Assembly: GCA_038087875.1 (NCBI GenBank) | Contig: CM075978.1 | Coordinates: 133,424,001 to 133,488,000, forward strand | Direction of reading: 5' to 3' | Origin: Malacoraja senta | Lineage: Eukaryota | Length of the DNA: 64,000 nt | Part shown: one piece after another, positions 35,740 through 48,616 of the stretch | Position numbering within the stretch: position 1 is the first letter of the stretch | Layout: each line of letters starts with the position of its first letter | Translations under genes and position numbers: made by a program | The notes under the pieces: model-generated | Database searches by the model: none | What the model saw: the letters and a program-made list of their open reading frames with translations, nothing else | What the model was told of the DNA's origin: nothing

Positions 35740-38050
35740 AGGACAGACCGGGTGCCAATCATTTCGTTCAGCGACACATTTGATTGGTCCGCTCGGGCCT
35801 CAATGACCCGCCCTCTCCATAACGATTAGGTCGTGCCGCCTTCCTACCAACTCGACGGCTGATTGGCCCACGCAGACGTCAATCATCTATTGCCCCTTTC
35901 GGTGGCTATCCGATTGGTCAACAGGCTGCTCCGCTTGACCCGCCCTCCTCCCAGCTAGGCGGCTGATTGGCCCCGTCAGCCGTCAATCATCCATCCTATC
36001 CTTTGGGTTGGTCTGATTGGTCAATGGGCTGCTCCGCTGAACCCGCCCCGGCGCCTGTTTGGCTAATGGTTTGTTTAGTTAGACCCGCCCTCCTCTCACT
36101 TCGGCTGCCGACTGGTCCGCTCGGGCGTCAACCATCCGCCCTCTCCTTAGCATGGGCGTCTGATTGGCCAATGGGTTGCTCGGCAGGACCCGCCCGCCTC
36201 GCCGGCTGATTGGTCGAGAATCGCGTTGTTCCCCGACGGAGGGTTCGACTGGCCCGGAGCAGCTGTCAATCAGCGCCCCACCCCTCCAGCGGCCGACGTC
36301 AGCGCTTGATAAACCGCCGCATCCCGGTCTTGGTCTCATTCACTTAGGAAGCGTCCGCAAGGTTGTACCCAGCCGGACATCTACTGCACACTCTATAATA
36401 GAGTTTCATCCAGATAATATACCCACACCCACAAGCAGATTTTAATTTTCAAGTAGAGATATAAACCGCTTGTATAAATTTACAAAAGAGGTATATATCT
36501 CAGTTAGCTTCGGAAAAAAAAACCTGTTCAAAAAATGAAACAAAACGTGACAATGGTGGACGTCGAAGGAACAGGATGTCCTGCCACAACGAAGGTATTC
36601 GATCTTTGCAGCAAAAGTCTGGCCATCAATGGCATTAATGGCCATGTCGAAGCGATGGAGCGCGAAGGGAAAAACGAGAAAGGTGTTCGGTCTCCGGAAG
36701 AAAGGGAGGCCATGCTAACCGGCGACGTGAAGCCGCTCCAGAGCCAGGTTTACTGGACCAGGTTCATGATCCTGATCGTGTTCAGCCTCTACTCCATGGT
36801 GAACGCCTTCCAGTGGATCCAGTACAGCATCATCTCCAACATCTTCAGCACTTTCTACCAAGTGTCATACGAGCAGATCGACTGGCTGTCGGTGGTCTAC
36901 ATGCTCGTCTACGTGCCCCTCATCTTCCCCGCCGCCTGGCTGCTCGACAAGAAGGGTTTGAGGATCGTGGCGCTGCTGGGCTCCGGCCTCAACTGCATCG
37001 GAGCTTGGCTCAAAATCGCAAGCGTAAGGCGAGATCTGTTTGGGGTGACCATGTTCGCCCAGACGGTCTGTTCCATCGCTCAGATTTTTATCCTTGGGCT
37101 GCCCTCTCGAGTGGCCTCCGTATGGTTCGGGCCCAGAGAGGTTTCCACGGCGTGCGCCTCCGCCGTCCTCGGCAACCAGGTAAGGAAGAGGTGCTGAGCG
37201 CTGCCATCTGTCCGTGTGGCGGGAGGAGGGGCGCCGCTTCCCGCTGCCAGTGTCGCGTCGGCCCGCTGCGAGAAAAATGTTGGCGACTGTAAGTCGGAGC
37301 GGAGCGGAGCTTTACGGAGCGGGTTATCGGGCAGCGCTGTCGCCGAGGCTGCGGCGGTGCGATGGTTGGAGAACAGCTTCCCTCGCCACCCACCCAACCA
37401 TATTCCCATCCTCCTCCCTGCGCTGGCTTCCATCGCCAGCTGCCTTCGCACACCGACAAGCTCCTTCGCTTTCCACCATCACGCCCCTCCCCCGGGATTT
37501 TCCGGGCCTGCGAATGTTCTAGAAGGCGCCATCCCGCAACGATGTGGTTGCGGTGCAGCTTTTTTAAATTTTATAAAAAAATACCATTGGCATATAAATA
37601 AATGTCCCCATCTTCTGTAATTTGAAAGAGATTATTTTGAGGAGGAGCCACCTTGAATTACTGTCTTAGACCACCCGCACTGGAAAGTCTACGTGTGGCG
37701 CGGTTAATGCAGGTCTCCTCCCCACAAACACGATCGCAAGCGTTATTCGACGCATTTCCCGCTTCAGCGTTTCCCCGAGCTATCTTTTGTTCGGTCTCAG
37801 TGTCTCCATTTGCATTCTTTATCCAACCTCGACGTCCAAGCCACATTTACTGTTGAGTTGTGGACGAATCATGATTATGTATGCATTACGGAGTGGATTG
37901 CAGTCCATGTTTTGCGGGAGATGCATGCCTCAAGCTCCGGTCGCATGGGTGATTGCAAAGAAGACGGATGATCATAACAAATTGCTGAGGAAATCGGTAT
38001 CCATTGTTGACTACGTGGGCAATGCGATCATTTACGCTATCAATAATGGT
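35740..38050 (+). promoter_or_regulatory. CpG island and TATA-less promoter of FLVCR1
   Basis: Sharp rise in GC and CpG across upstream region, exon 1 and the start of intron 1. Between 35755 and 36213 there are 7 ATTGG plus 2 CCAAT boxes and about 6 CCGCCC GC boxes. Confidence 0.85.
36535..37179 (+). CDS. FLVCR1: FLVCR1 coding exon 1 (215 codons)
   Basis: The ORF encodes [38 protein letters not shown] and [43 protein letters not shown] is FLVCR1-type (FLVCR2 as recalled has NSFQWIQYG). Ends at CAG|GTAAGG, phase 0. Further in-frame Mets at codons 7, 41 and 60 make the exact start uncertain. Confidence 0.95.
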
Positions 38051-38197
38051 GCGAAAAATGAGACACTTAAATGGAGTACTATTCACCTTCATTAAAGGAA
38101 AATTCCATTCAAGATTGAACCAGAAGTTCTTCAAGTTGTGTCCAAGCCCTCCGGCGCAAGGTCACTGCAGTGGACAGCTTAGAACTGACAAATCACA

Positions 38198-38300
38198 GGT
38201 AGACAAAAGTGCTGGAGAAACTCAGCGGGTGCAGCAGCGGAGTTTTTCCAGCACTTTTGTCTACCTTCGATTTTCCAGCATCTGCAGTTCCTTCTTAAAC
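38198..38300. mobile_element. 103-bp fold-back PLE-terminal element in FLVCR1 intron 1
   Basis: 14-bp TSD actgacaaatcaca at 38184-38197 and 38301-38314; ~26-bp inverted arms. Confidence 0.9.
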
Positions 38301-40379
38301 ACTGACAAATCACAACCAAATTGTCTGTTTTCCACTGTTAGCCAGTGAAATTCCGGAGGGATCTAGTCTCTTGTTGGTTTGGTTTGTGAGAACTCGTTGA
38401 ACTCGACATGATAATCTGGGGTTTTTCCGTTCATTTTTTTCAAACCTGCCTTTGGATCATGTCAGATTTCTTCCTCTTTCCTGTTTTGGATCATGACATT
38501 TGTGGAGGCAAGGCAATTTTGAGGGGGCTAATGAGAGTAAGTTTGCAAAGTCCCTTCCCCCTTCTGTTTGAGCCATGGCAGTTTCTGTGCCCCGGGTGTC
38601 CTGTTACTTTCTCACTGTTAAATAATAAAATAATTCTGAACTATATTATACTGATCTTTTCCTAATTTATATTTTCACCCTCCTGCTCAGTTTTACCTTT
38701 TTCGCTTAAGGTGTCTTTGAGTTATTTGGTGTCTACTTTAATCAGACATTTTTGTTACTGTTTGTATGCTTTAACATGTCTCCTATTTTCTCTTAAAATC
38801 TGACAAATAAAAATTATTAATAAAAGGAAAATTCCAGAACATTTCTGTGCTGTGCTTCTGAACTTTAAAAATGGTTTAGAAATATTCAAGGAATGATCGA
38901 CGAGGAATTCCACCACTCAGTTTCATACAGAAGGCGATCAGATCTTTCGTACTGAAGAATAAAATGGATTCAGACATTTTGATATTTTTTAATTACGTCA
39001 AACATAACAGGCACACCTTTTTTTTTTAAAGTGCCATTATGTTTTTAATGTTAAATTATCAATAACAGGCGAGGCAAGCTACTATGATGCAGCAGAGAAA
39101 TCTTTTGCGGAAGATCATAGAATGATCAGCCTGGCTAAAATGAAATCAAGTGAGGCACTAAACATGCATCTTTCAGCTTCAATTAATTAGCAGCAATGTG
39201 CTGAATGTGAATTCATAAATGTGACACTATCCATAATAGTACTGGGCCTAGATGGAACATTGGAAACTTCTGACTTGCAAGCTGCAGGCATAGAATACAG
39301 AAATGTGCTCGCACTCACATCAGCATAGCAAAATTTTCCATGACTAGCAAAATACACAGTTCCACGAAGCAAAATGGAATCTTCAAATGAATCTTACCAT
39401 AATGACCCTACAAGGAGGATGAGAATCCTGTTAAACCAGAGCTAAACTCTGCAAATTGTTCAGTAAACAAAATCATTTTACGGAACGATGCTAAGTCATT
39501 GACATTTTCTGCATGATGGTCGGCAAGTCAAATCTTTGGAAGAAGATATACCAAGGAATACAGCCAGAGGACAATAATCTGTCTGTATAAATCCTAATTC
39601 AACATAGATGCACCCGCTGAGTTTCTCCTGACAGATGAACTATATCATCATGTAACCTGCCCAAATCACTGGTGAGCCAACGCCACGTTGAGCATCCTTG
39701 TGCAAGGAGTGATAGACACTGGAGTAAGTACAGACTTACTCAACAAGAGTGCCTATAACCAACCAATGGTGAAATCATTTGTTTGGTGGCAGGTAATTCT
39801 GGTTGAATAATGCAGCTCATGGCTAATGACTGAAGTTTGGAGCCAAACTTTTTTTTTGAAACTTGACCCCATGGAAGAATAACATAGAACCGGCTCCTGA
39901 ATCCAGGTATATATTTGAGAATGTGGACGCTTTGACAATGTAATAATGGAATTTCTTCAGCAGAATTTCAAAACTACCCTACAATCTTAATTGGCATACT
40001 TGGATATCAGTGCTCCATGCAGCCCAAGTGAGGTAAGAAGCCTACTGGGAATGGTAAAAGATTGTGCCTGATTTTGCCAAAATCACCCAATCCATTGTGG
40101 GAACTAACAAGAAAAGATGTCAGTTGCAGTTGGGATCTGAAGCAACACACTGATTAGCAAATAACAAGTGAAGAAGGCACATGCTCAGCCAATTGACTGA
40201 AAGGTCTGGTTAGTTGGATACTCCTCATGATACAGTTCATATTACATTATTTGATAAGAGTTCCTGGATCTGTTTTTAAATATTTACTAAAATATAGAAC
40301 ATGAAGTACTAGACAACACAGAACTCTGGAATTTTTCATTTATACATCTGGAGCTTGGTACACATTAGTTGATTACTGA

Positions 40380-41060
40380 TCAGTAAAGTTCTGAGGGACA
40401 TTTGACATCCTCAATCAAAGATCAAAACCACTGAGTTGAAGTAGATGCACGAGTCATACTGAGTTATCCATCCTCTGCCTCGTCCACTGCCAGGGTGAGG
40501 CTAAACACAAACCAGAGGAACAGCACCTTGTATTCCACCTGGGTAATTCACAAACCAACGGCACGAAATTTAATTATCCAATAGGTACCCCTGTACCCTA
40601 TCTCTATCCTCTTATCTACCCTGGTTCCCTCTCTCATCCCCTTCTCTCTACCTTATCCCCAACTGCTTATCATTCTGCCTTTTACCCTTTCCCATCACTC
40701 CTCCCACTGGATCCACTTCCTCCAAAGCTTTCTGTCCTCTTCTGTTTCCCTCATTCGCTGCCACACCTCATTGAATTTAACTTGTCACCCACCTTATCCG
40801 ATTCCAGAATCTGTAGGCCTTTGTTCACATAATCAGCTCTCAGCCTATCTCCACCCTTCCCTCCCTCCATCCCTGACCTGCCACCTTACAATCAGTCTGT
40901 CCTCTCCTGTATCCGCCAATTGCTTGCTAGCTCTTGCCCCGGCCCACACCTTCTCTTTATACTGTCTAGTTCACCGTCACTCTTTCAGTCCAGATGCAGG
41001 TCTACCCAAAACTGACTCTTCAAACCCCACCACAGATGCTGAGTACCTCCTGCTGATCAG
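40380..41060 (+). mobile_element. Old PLE 3' remnant
   Basis: Decayed EEQHL.FHLG..Q.NG-like segment followed by a pyrimidine-rich UTR. Confidence 0.55.
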
Positions 41061-44000
41061 TTTTTTGATGCTGAGTTATAGTGTGATGCTGTATAGTTTC
41101 ATGGCAACCACAAAGTGATTCTATTTGCTGCATCACTGGCAATCTTCACATTTTCCCTGAGGTCATTAAATGTCCCGACATATTACTTGACTTAGGAGCA
41201 ACTCTGTCCTAAATCATCTTTGAGGACAGAGGCAAAGAATTCCAATGTCAAATTTTGTTCTTGTTTAATTTCTGCCATCCCTTCACCATCCTGACTTTAT
41301 ATCTGGATTGGAGGGAGGAAGGAAGAAGAATCTTAACTGATTGGAGTAACATGTGTTATGGTCTAGGCTTTTCTTCACGAGGAAAGTTGGGTAGAGTTTT
41401 GCTCGGCTGCTTAATTCTGGTAGAATTGTCATGTCGGGTGAGTCATCACAGTTAAGGTACCCACATATGTAGGCAATCATGGTTTATTGGAGGGAACTGA
41501 CAAAAAAAGTAATTAAAGGCTATCAATACCCATTTGCACCTGCAGCTTCCACTTTGGTCCAAGTTGACTGATTTGACCCAGATTAGAAATTGTACTTTCA
41601 TCTTTTGACCACTTGGGTACTTCTGCATTTGCAATTTTAGAAGTGTTAAGTTCAAACTCTGTTCACTTTTTGAGTTTGAGGTTATTTAATTATCTTCACT
41701 TGGACATGAGGCAACATTATGACTTCATGAAATATTTTTAAATGGTGTTTTGTTGAATAAGTCAGGGTGATTTCTACATTCTCTTTTTTTTTTGTGCCAT
41801 TCAGATGACATTGCATCATCATCAGTTATAATTGTGTCAACAGGTATTGGAAGTGTCACAGTATTTTATCTCTACAAATTTGTGTTGTGGGGTTTTAAGA
41901 TGTAGGATTGATTTAGGTTGGAGAATACCACTTTCCCCTGAATTGCCCATTCCTGAAAATTGTTCACTGGTTGTTGGCTTTTCAGTTACTTATTGAGTTA
42001 CTTCAGAAATCAGTCGAGTCAACGACATGTTTAGTTTTACTTTGTCAATTACATCTTGGTATCTCAACAAAATAGTCAATGTTCTCAGTGGAGGAAGATT
42101 TTGGCAAGCTATTAGCCAAGATGAGAAATTTACCTCTGCTAAATAATGGCTGAATGTCTGCTAAAGAAATCAGTGATTTCTCCCCTTTCAACTGCTTGTT
42201 GCTTGCAGTTGGAAAGATTCTTATTGGCTAGTCCTATTGTCTTGTTTAACGTTGAGATTAATCTCCAACCAGTTAAAGGAGAGTATTTCAATTCTGTGAC
42301 ATCTCTTACTTTGCATCTGATTGACTTATGCTGCTCTTGCCTCCCAGATGTGGCTATTTGAAAAGTTTTCTTCATTCTAATCTTGGTGAATTTAAGGTTA
42401 TCCTAAATTTAGTCCCATTCATTCCTCTTCCTTGCATTAGCTCACTGACGTTCAGTGATTCCAGGTGAAAGCCAGTTTGATTTTTAAATAGTGATTTTCA
42501 AATTTAAATCCCCTCATCTCTTCATTTCTGCCAGCTCTGCCGTCTGCCATTATTGTATGTTGATATCCCAAAATATATTTATTCTTTATAGGTGCCTTCA
42601 GTTGCCATGGCCCTGAGTTTTGTGATCTGCTGATCTCTTTGCTGCTACAACTGACCTAGCATTCAGTCATCACTCATTCCCATGAAACACTCTGAAATGC
42701 CATGGGGCACAGAAGCGTTAAAGGAACAGCACAATACAAATTAGACGGTATAGTTGAGAGAAGTTGATGGGATTGAAAATTAGGATAATGGGAGTTTAGA
42801 CATGGTTCTCAAGGATAGAGGAGTATGCAGAAGTGTAAGAAGTAAAGCAAATGAGTTTGAAACCTCCATCAGTCACATTCATGAAAAATGCTTAGTTAAC
42901 AAAAATGGAAGACATCTGAATCATTGGTATGAAAGGGAGCATGATCATTCTTTGCAACCTTGATTGTGGTAAACTATCCTCCATTTTTATAGACAACTTG
43001 ACAAATCTGACTTTCTAAACTTCCTCCCACTCTTGTCCTTTATCTAGCTGGATTGTTAGATACCAGCTGCATTGCATTGTTTGTGTATCTGACATGACTT
43101 ATTGTCATTTTAGAGAATAATTTCTTAGTCCCATTCATTTTGACTACATGCCAGTCTTGATGATTTGAAAAAAATAAATTGCTAGTCTGCAGGGGAGAAC
43201 ATGACCTAAATGGGACTAGCTACATTTCATTTGCAGAGTCCTTGCACAAACTCTGATATCATTCTCTAGTTCTGATTGTGCTTTGGCATAATGGATTCCA
43301 TGTGCTGGTAATGTTTTGCCGACCTCTCATTGAATACCTTCCTACTCCACTATTGTAAGGTGTCGTGCTGCTTAGTCTGTACTGAAGGGGTATACATTTC
43401 CTATGCAGAATATGGAGAAAACTGGCAAAATTAACTTCTTTCTCTGCCATGGGTTCTGCTCCCTTGATATCGCTCGCATCCCAGGAACTTGACACAAAGA
43501 CTGGTCAACTTTTAAGTTTTGATATGGAATTTCAATCCACAGAACTGGCCCATTATTAAAACTCCCTTTCCCACCACCTGATATTGCCCAGATTAACCTC
43601 TGTTCGTCTTCTGTACCTGTAGTGCATGCCAATGAATTATGTGAGGAAGATTAAAGATTCATGGTTCAGGGAGATAAGTGGTGGATTTAGTTTTCTTGGT
43701 TACTTTTTCTTATTTTAGAGATAACTCAAAACTTTTATAATATATTTGAGGGTTGGGTATTTAAGGTTAATTTAACTAACATTTAAAATGTATGGATTGC
43801 TATGCAAAAGTGACCACACAGCTTTCAGAAAACAGCCTGTTTCTACACAGTCAACATATCTTAACAGAAATGCTCAGCTATTTTCTGACTTAACTATTCC
43901 ATTGTTGTCCTTGCTAGTCTTTTCTATCCTCCATAAACTTGATGCCAACCAAAACCGCTGCCATCCAAATCTCCGTTCATCAACTTTCTTTGTGATAATG

Positions 44001-44511
44001 AAGCTAGAGATACTTTGATTTTCATTCCAATATACAAATCCCACCATAGCTCCTCAACCTGCTATGTCTCTGATGTTCAAGATCTCCATGCCTTTCGGGG
44101 ATTTTAATGTATGCCAAATACCCTTTGTTTCCTCCATTAGGGGTGGAGGATTTATTGGATATATGTAAAGGACTCTAGAAGCTAGAGCTGCGATGTTTTA
44201 GATCTTAAGTTACCCTTTGATTAGCAGTGTACCTGAGTGGAGATGGGATGTGAAGTCCAGGCTGATGGTACCCCCCCCCCCTCCCCCTTATCCATGCATT
44301 GCAATTTCATCTGTACCTTGGCAAAAGTTAGTAAATTTATCAGTTTATCCAAGTATAAATTTATCAGTTTATCCATGGATTCTAACTGAGTTAACAATCT
44401 TACTATTTGCATGTGTCAATTATAACTCTGGTTCGTACATGTGGATTCTTTATTTAAATAGCCGTGAACGTCATTTTCATAATATTTTGATTTTTTTTCT
44501 TTGTTTCACAG

Positions 44512-44656
44512 CTTGGTGTGGCTCTTGGCTTTCTTTTACCTCCAATTTTGGTGCCTAATACTCCAGATGATCTTGATCTGATGGCAAACAACATAAGTAT
44601 ATTGTTCTATGGAACAGCAACAGTAGCCACATTGTTATTCATCCTGGTAGTCGCAG
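44512..44656 (+). CDS. FLVCR1: FLVCR1 exon 2 (145 nt)
   Basis: ttgtttcacAG|CTTGGT...GCAG|GTAAGC; [48 protein letters not shown]; phase 0 to 1. Confidence 0.95.
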
Positions 44657-45668
44657 GTAAGCTGCCGGGATTTTATTCAAACACCAAGTGAATGCATCTG
44701 GTTACTTTGACTCATGCAGACATTCCCTAGGCTATAAATTATTTTGGGACTACTTGCAGCATTCAGTCTATACAAAGATTTTGTTTATTCTGGACCTGAA
44801 AAACCTACCCAATTAGTTGTGTCCCCACCCCATATAACAATTCCACCACTGAATGTTCTTTATTCAAGGACCTGCAAGTCTTTATATTTCATGTACAATA
44901 TTTTTAGTTTGTATTTTAATTTGCTAATATTTGGTTAACATGAACACTGGTTCACACTGATCCTTGATATTCTGATAACTAGTGATGTAGGTCTAGCGAC
45001 CTAGGTGGATCTATTTATTCTTTTTACAGAGTAGAAAGCCTATGATTTAAAAAGCCCTCCATTTCGTAACAGACCTTAAATATCAGTTATCTGAACTTTC
45101 AGATGTACACCTCATGGTTTCGACAGCTCCAACATTAAATAGTTTCACAGCTGATCTGATCTTTGACTCGACTCCACTTTCCTGCCTGTCCCCCAGAATC
45201 CTCGACTCACCGATCATAAAGAATGTGAGAAATAAACACCAAATTAAGAGAATTATTTGATGAACAAGCATCTAACCAAAGAAAACCAGCAACTCATTAT
45301 ACATTATATTGGAATAGACGTGTCTTCCGGTTTTTATCTGAGACTAAATTGTAAATAAGTCACAGGTAAATTAAAAAAAGCAAAAAAAGGTATTGGAGGA
45401 ACACGCAGATCAGGCAGCAAGTATGTAGGGAAGGGTCCTGATCAAAAAAGTAGTCTGTTCATTCCCTCCAAAGAAGCTGCCTGATCTGAGTTTCACTAGC
45501 AAATTTCAATCTTCATGAAATTGTCTTGATTATGAGAATTTTATATGTATTTTAAATCCTTTTGATACCATGGCATTAAACCTTGCCTGCGCTATACAGT
45601 CCATTTTTAAATTTGTGTAAGCTGACACTTGACTTGCTTTTCTTTGTTTCTTCTTTTTCCCCACATAG

Positions 45669-45806
45669 TATTTAAAAACAAGCCTCCACTTCCTCCAAGC
45701 CAGTCCCAAGCAGTGCTTTTGGATAATGCTGATGAGTATTCCTACAAACAGTCGATTATAAATTTGTTTAAGAGTGTTCCATTTGTGCTACTGTTACTAA
45801 GTTATG
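45669..45806 (+). CDS. FLVCR1: FLVCR1 exon 3 (138 nt)
   Basis: Polypyrimidine tract and catAG|; (V)FKNKPPLPPSQSQAVLLDNADEYSYKQSIINLFKSVPFVLLLLSY; TATG|GTAAGA. Confidence 0.95.
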
Positions 45807-46673
45807 GTAAGAATTTCTGTTTTACTTCTGAATTTTAATATAAAACATTACACGTTTTAACCGATTTATTTTGGTTAGTTCTCAATGTGATCTACTGTTT
45901 TTCACAACAGTTAAAGGTTCTAGTATTCTTGTTTGCTGATTCAAGTCTTCCATTTGTAGACTATCACAGATATCAAGATGTAGAAATTACAGCACCAGAA
46001 TTGCAAGAAGTACCAAAATAATATGGTGTAACCAAAGCCGCACAGAAAAGTACTTACAATTATCCACAGTTTTCCTTCTGTAGAGGCAAGGTTTGAATTT
46101 GGAATACATTAGGGGACGATCAGCCATGATCATAATGAATAGCCTCCTGCACCTATTTTCTATGTTTCTATTCAGCATCCAGTTATGATGCAAGCTTCAG
46201 TCTGGCAGTTATTTACAAGATTAACCAAAGACTTTGAGTTGTTGCAACATGTATTCATTTTTCATTGTGCTTGTCGACTTCACCTGCATATTCCATCTTC
46301 CCCTCCATTACTATCCATTTCTCTGCACTGTCACTTCTATTTCTATCTGGATTCATCACCACAAACAATCCAAGGACACAGGCTCTGTTCTTCAACTAAT
46401 CTAACTAACCGTTTCTATTTTGGAATCAACTGTTTGTTGATACGCTGTCGTGAATGAATTACGTGTTAGCAATTTTAGGGTACTATGAAAGACAGACTTG
46501 CACCTACATAGTATCTTTCACAGCCTTGGTGAAATTGCTATTTCTGTTGGATGTTGATGCACTAAAACTTTATGTATGGATTATTACTTTGAATATAATT
46601 AACAAAATGTATAGTTTTTGGAAATCTGACCTTATTTGACAATAGTAATGCTTGCATTTTTAATATTTTCTAG

Positions 46674-46741
46674 GTATTTTGACGGGGTCATATTATTCAG
46701 TAGGAACACTATTAAATCAAATGATCATTGCTCACTATGAG
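46674..46741 (+). CDS. FLVCR1: FLVCR1 exon 4 (68 nt)
   Basis: ttttctAG|GT...; (G)ILTGSYYSVGTLLNQMIIAHYE; GAG|GTAAGT. Confidence 0.93.
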
Positions 46742-47282
46742 GTAAGTAAACCTATTTTAAATAACATTTTTGTTATTGAATTTAGTATCTTAACTCACAA
46801 ATGGAATGTACAATGTGGGTTGTTATTGAAATGATGCCCATGCTATTGACTTATTAATTGAGTTATTGAACAATGAATGCATAAAGTGCCCGATGAATAA
46901 TTAAATAACTTAGTTGCCTTTTCATCTTGTACTATTTCTGTCTCCCAATCTTTATTTAAAGTTAAATTACGGACCCACTCGTGATGTAGTTGCACATTCA
47001 CACCTGTACCTTGCTGTTATTTCTTCATCCCTAATTTTACATTTGTAGTAAGCTGTGTGCTTTGTATACAGATGTAATTTCTTCAAAGCGCTACGCACTG
47101 TTATATATGTATTGATAAATTGTGGAAGCTGTGAAGTTAGTAACTTAATTCCACATTCTTCTGAACTTGAATTACTGAATCGAAGCCATTGGTGCAGCTT
47201 ATAGTCATTCATATGTAATTATTATATGTAATATAGAGCATGTAGAAATGTAATCTGCATGAATTTTATATTTTTTTACAAG

Positions 47283-47386
47283 GGCCAAGAATTGAATGCT
47301 GGGAGAATTGGACTAACTTTGGTGGTGTCGGGGATGGTAGGTTCCATCCTCTCCGGTTTCTGGGTGGACCGCACAAAGGCATACAA
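47283..47386 (+). CDS. FLVCR1: FLVCR1 exon 5 (104 nt)
   Basis: tttttttacaAG| (AAG acceptor); [34 protein letters not shown](K); CAA|GTGAGT. Confidence 0.95.
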
Positions 47387-48616
47387 GTGAGTACATTAGT
47401 TCAGCGTACCCCACTGTAGCATAAGCAAAGAACCCAAATTTGTATAGTTGAAGCCGGATGATAATGTTTAATTTTATGGCATTTTCAGACCTTTGCCAAG
47501 TATAACTACTTTCTTGAGTCTAATTCCAGACTCTGCAACAAAACCAGTATCTGCAGTTTGTCTAGCTAAGTGTCGCTTTCAGTCTTTGCTCTCCCATTTA
47601 CCCTCTTTGGCATTCTAAGTGTGGCAAAATTTATTAGTACCGATGAATTCTTTGCTCAGATTGAGTTATCTGAATTTCTTTAACTTGTTTAGTAATTAAT
47701 TCTATTCCATAGTTCCTCTCATTCTAAGGAAATCCACTGATTAATATATAGGAAAAAATGAAAATGGAATTGGTTATTAAACTGGAACTTAGTGTATAAC
47801 GACATTTTCCTGGAGTTTTCAGTGTTAAGCCCAGGCTACTGATATATAAATCCTATTACATTTTCCCTCGTCCGTCCGAATTCTTAGCATAAGTGTTATT
47901 GGCAAGTGTGAATATTTGTGTCCAAATTGTAACTCGAGCTTGCTGCAATTCATTAGATATTTATCAGGTAATTCTATGCAACTATTATTATCCTTCACTT
48001 AAGACCTTTTAGGGCCCAAATATATCTGGACCTTTCAGAAGCAGTACAATAAAACTCCAATAATCTGCTATCTGGCTGATTGGAAATACCACTGTTTCAG
48101 CATCTATCTCCCACCAATATAGTCAGTGGCAAACTTAAATTCTGTTTGTTAATCAGTACCTGTGCTAGAGAGGCATGGACTAATCAGCGTCTTGAGTTTG
48201 TCCTACCATTAATTCACAATTGTTACACGTCCAATCTGTTTACCCATCTGTTGTCCATATACCTTTAAAAACATTCTGTTAACAAAATCAATTCATCCAT
48301 CTTGGAAAATCTGAATAGACAAATCCATTGTAGCTGCAGTTTTGTCTGCTACTCTGTATGAAACATGAACTTTACTCTTAAAACATTAATGTATATGATT
48401 ATGATCTACTTTTGTGGATTTCCCTTTCATAAATTCCTTTAACATTTTGAAACCTGTTTGACATCAGACTCCTGAAACAGTCTATCCTGAGCTCTCCTGG
48501 GAAAGAATTATCAGGCAGAGAGGAGAAGATTTACTGCTCAAATTGGTGAAGGAGCATTTGGGAAGTTATTACGAACCTATCCCTTTTTTTTAATGTAGTT
48601 GAATTTTGTTTCTGTT

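Noticed and set aside
37180-37197. ORF-track C-terminus VRKRC* of the 220-aa ORF
   Set aside because: Intron read-through past the canonical CAG|GTAAGG donor.
36813-37620. Alternative-frame and antisense ORFs over exon 1 and intron 1
   Set aside because: Expected in a GC-rich CpG island and shadowing the FLVCR1 frame.
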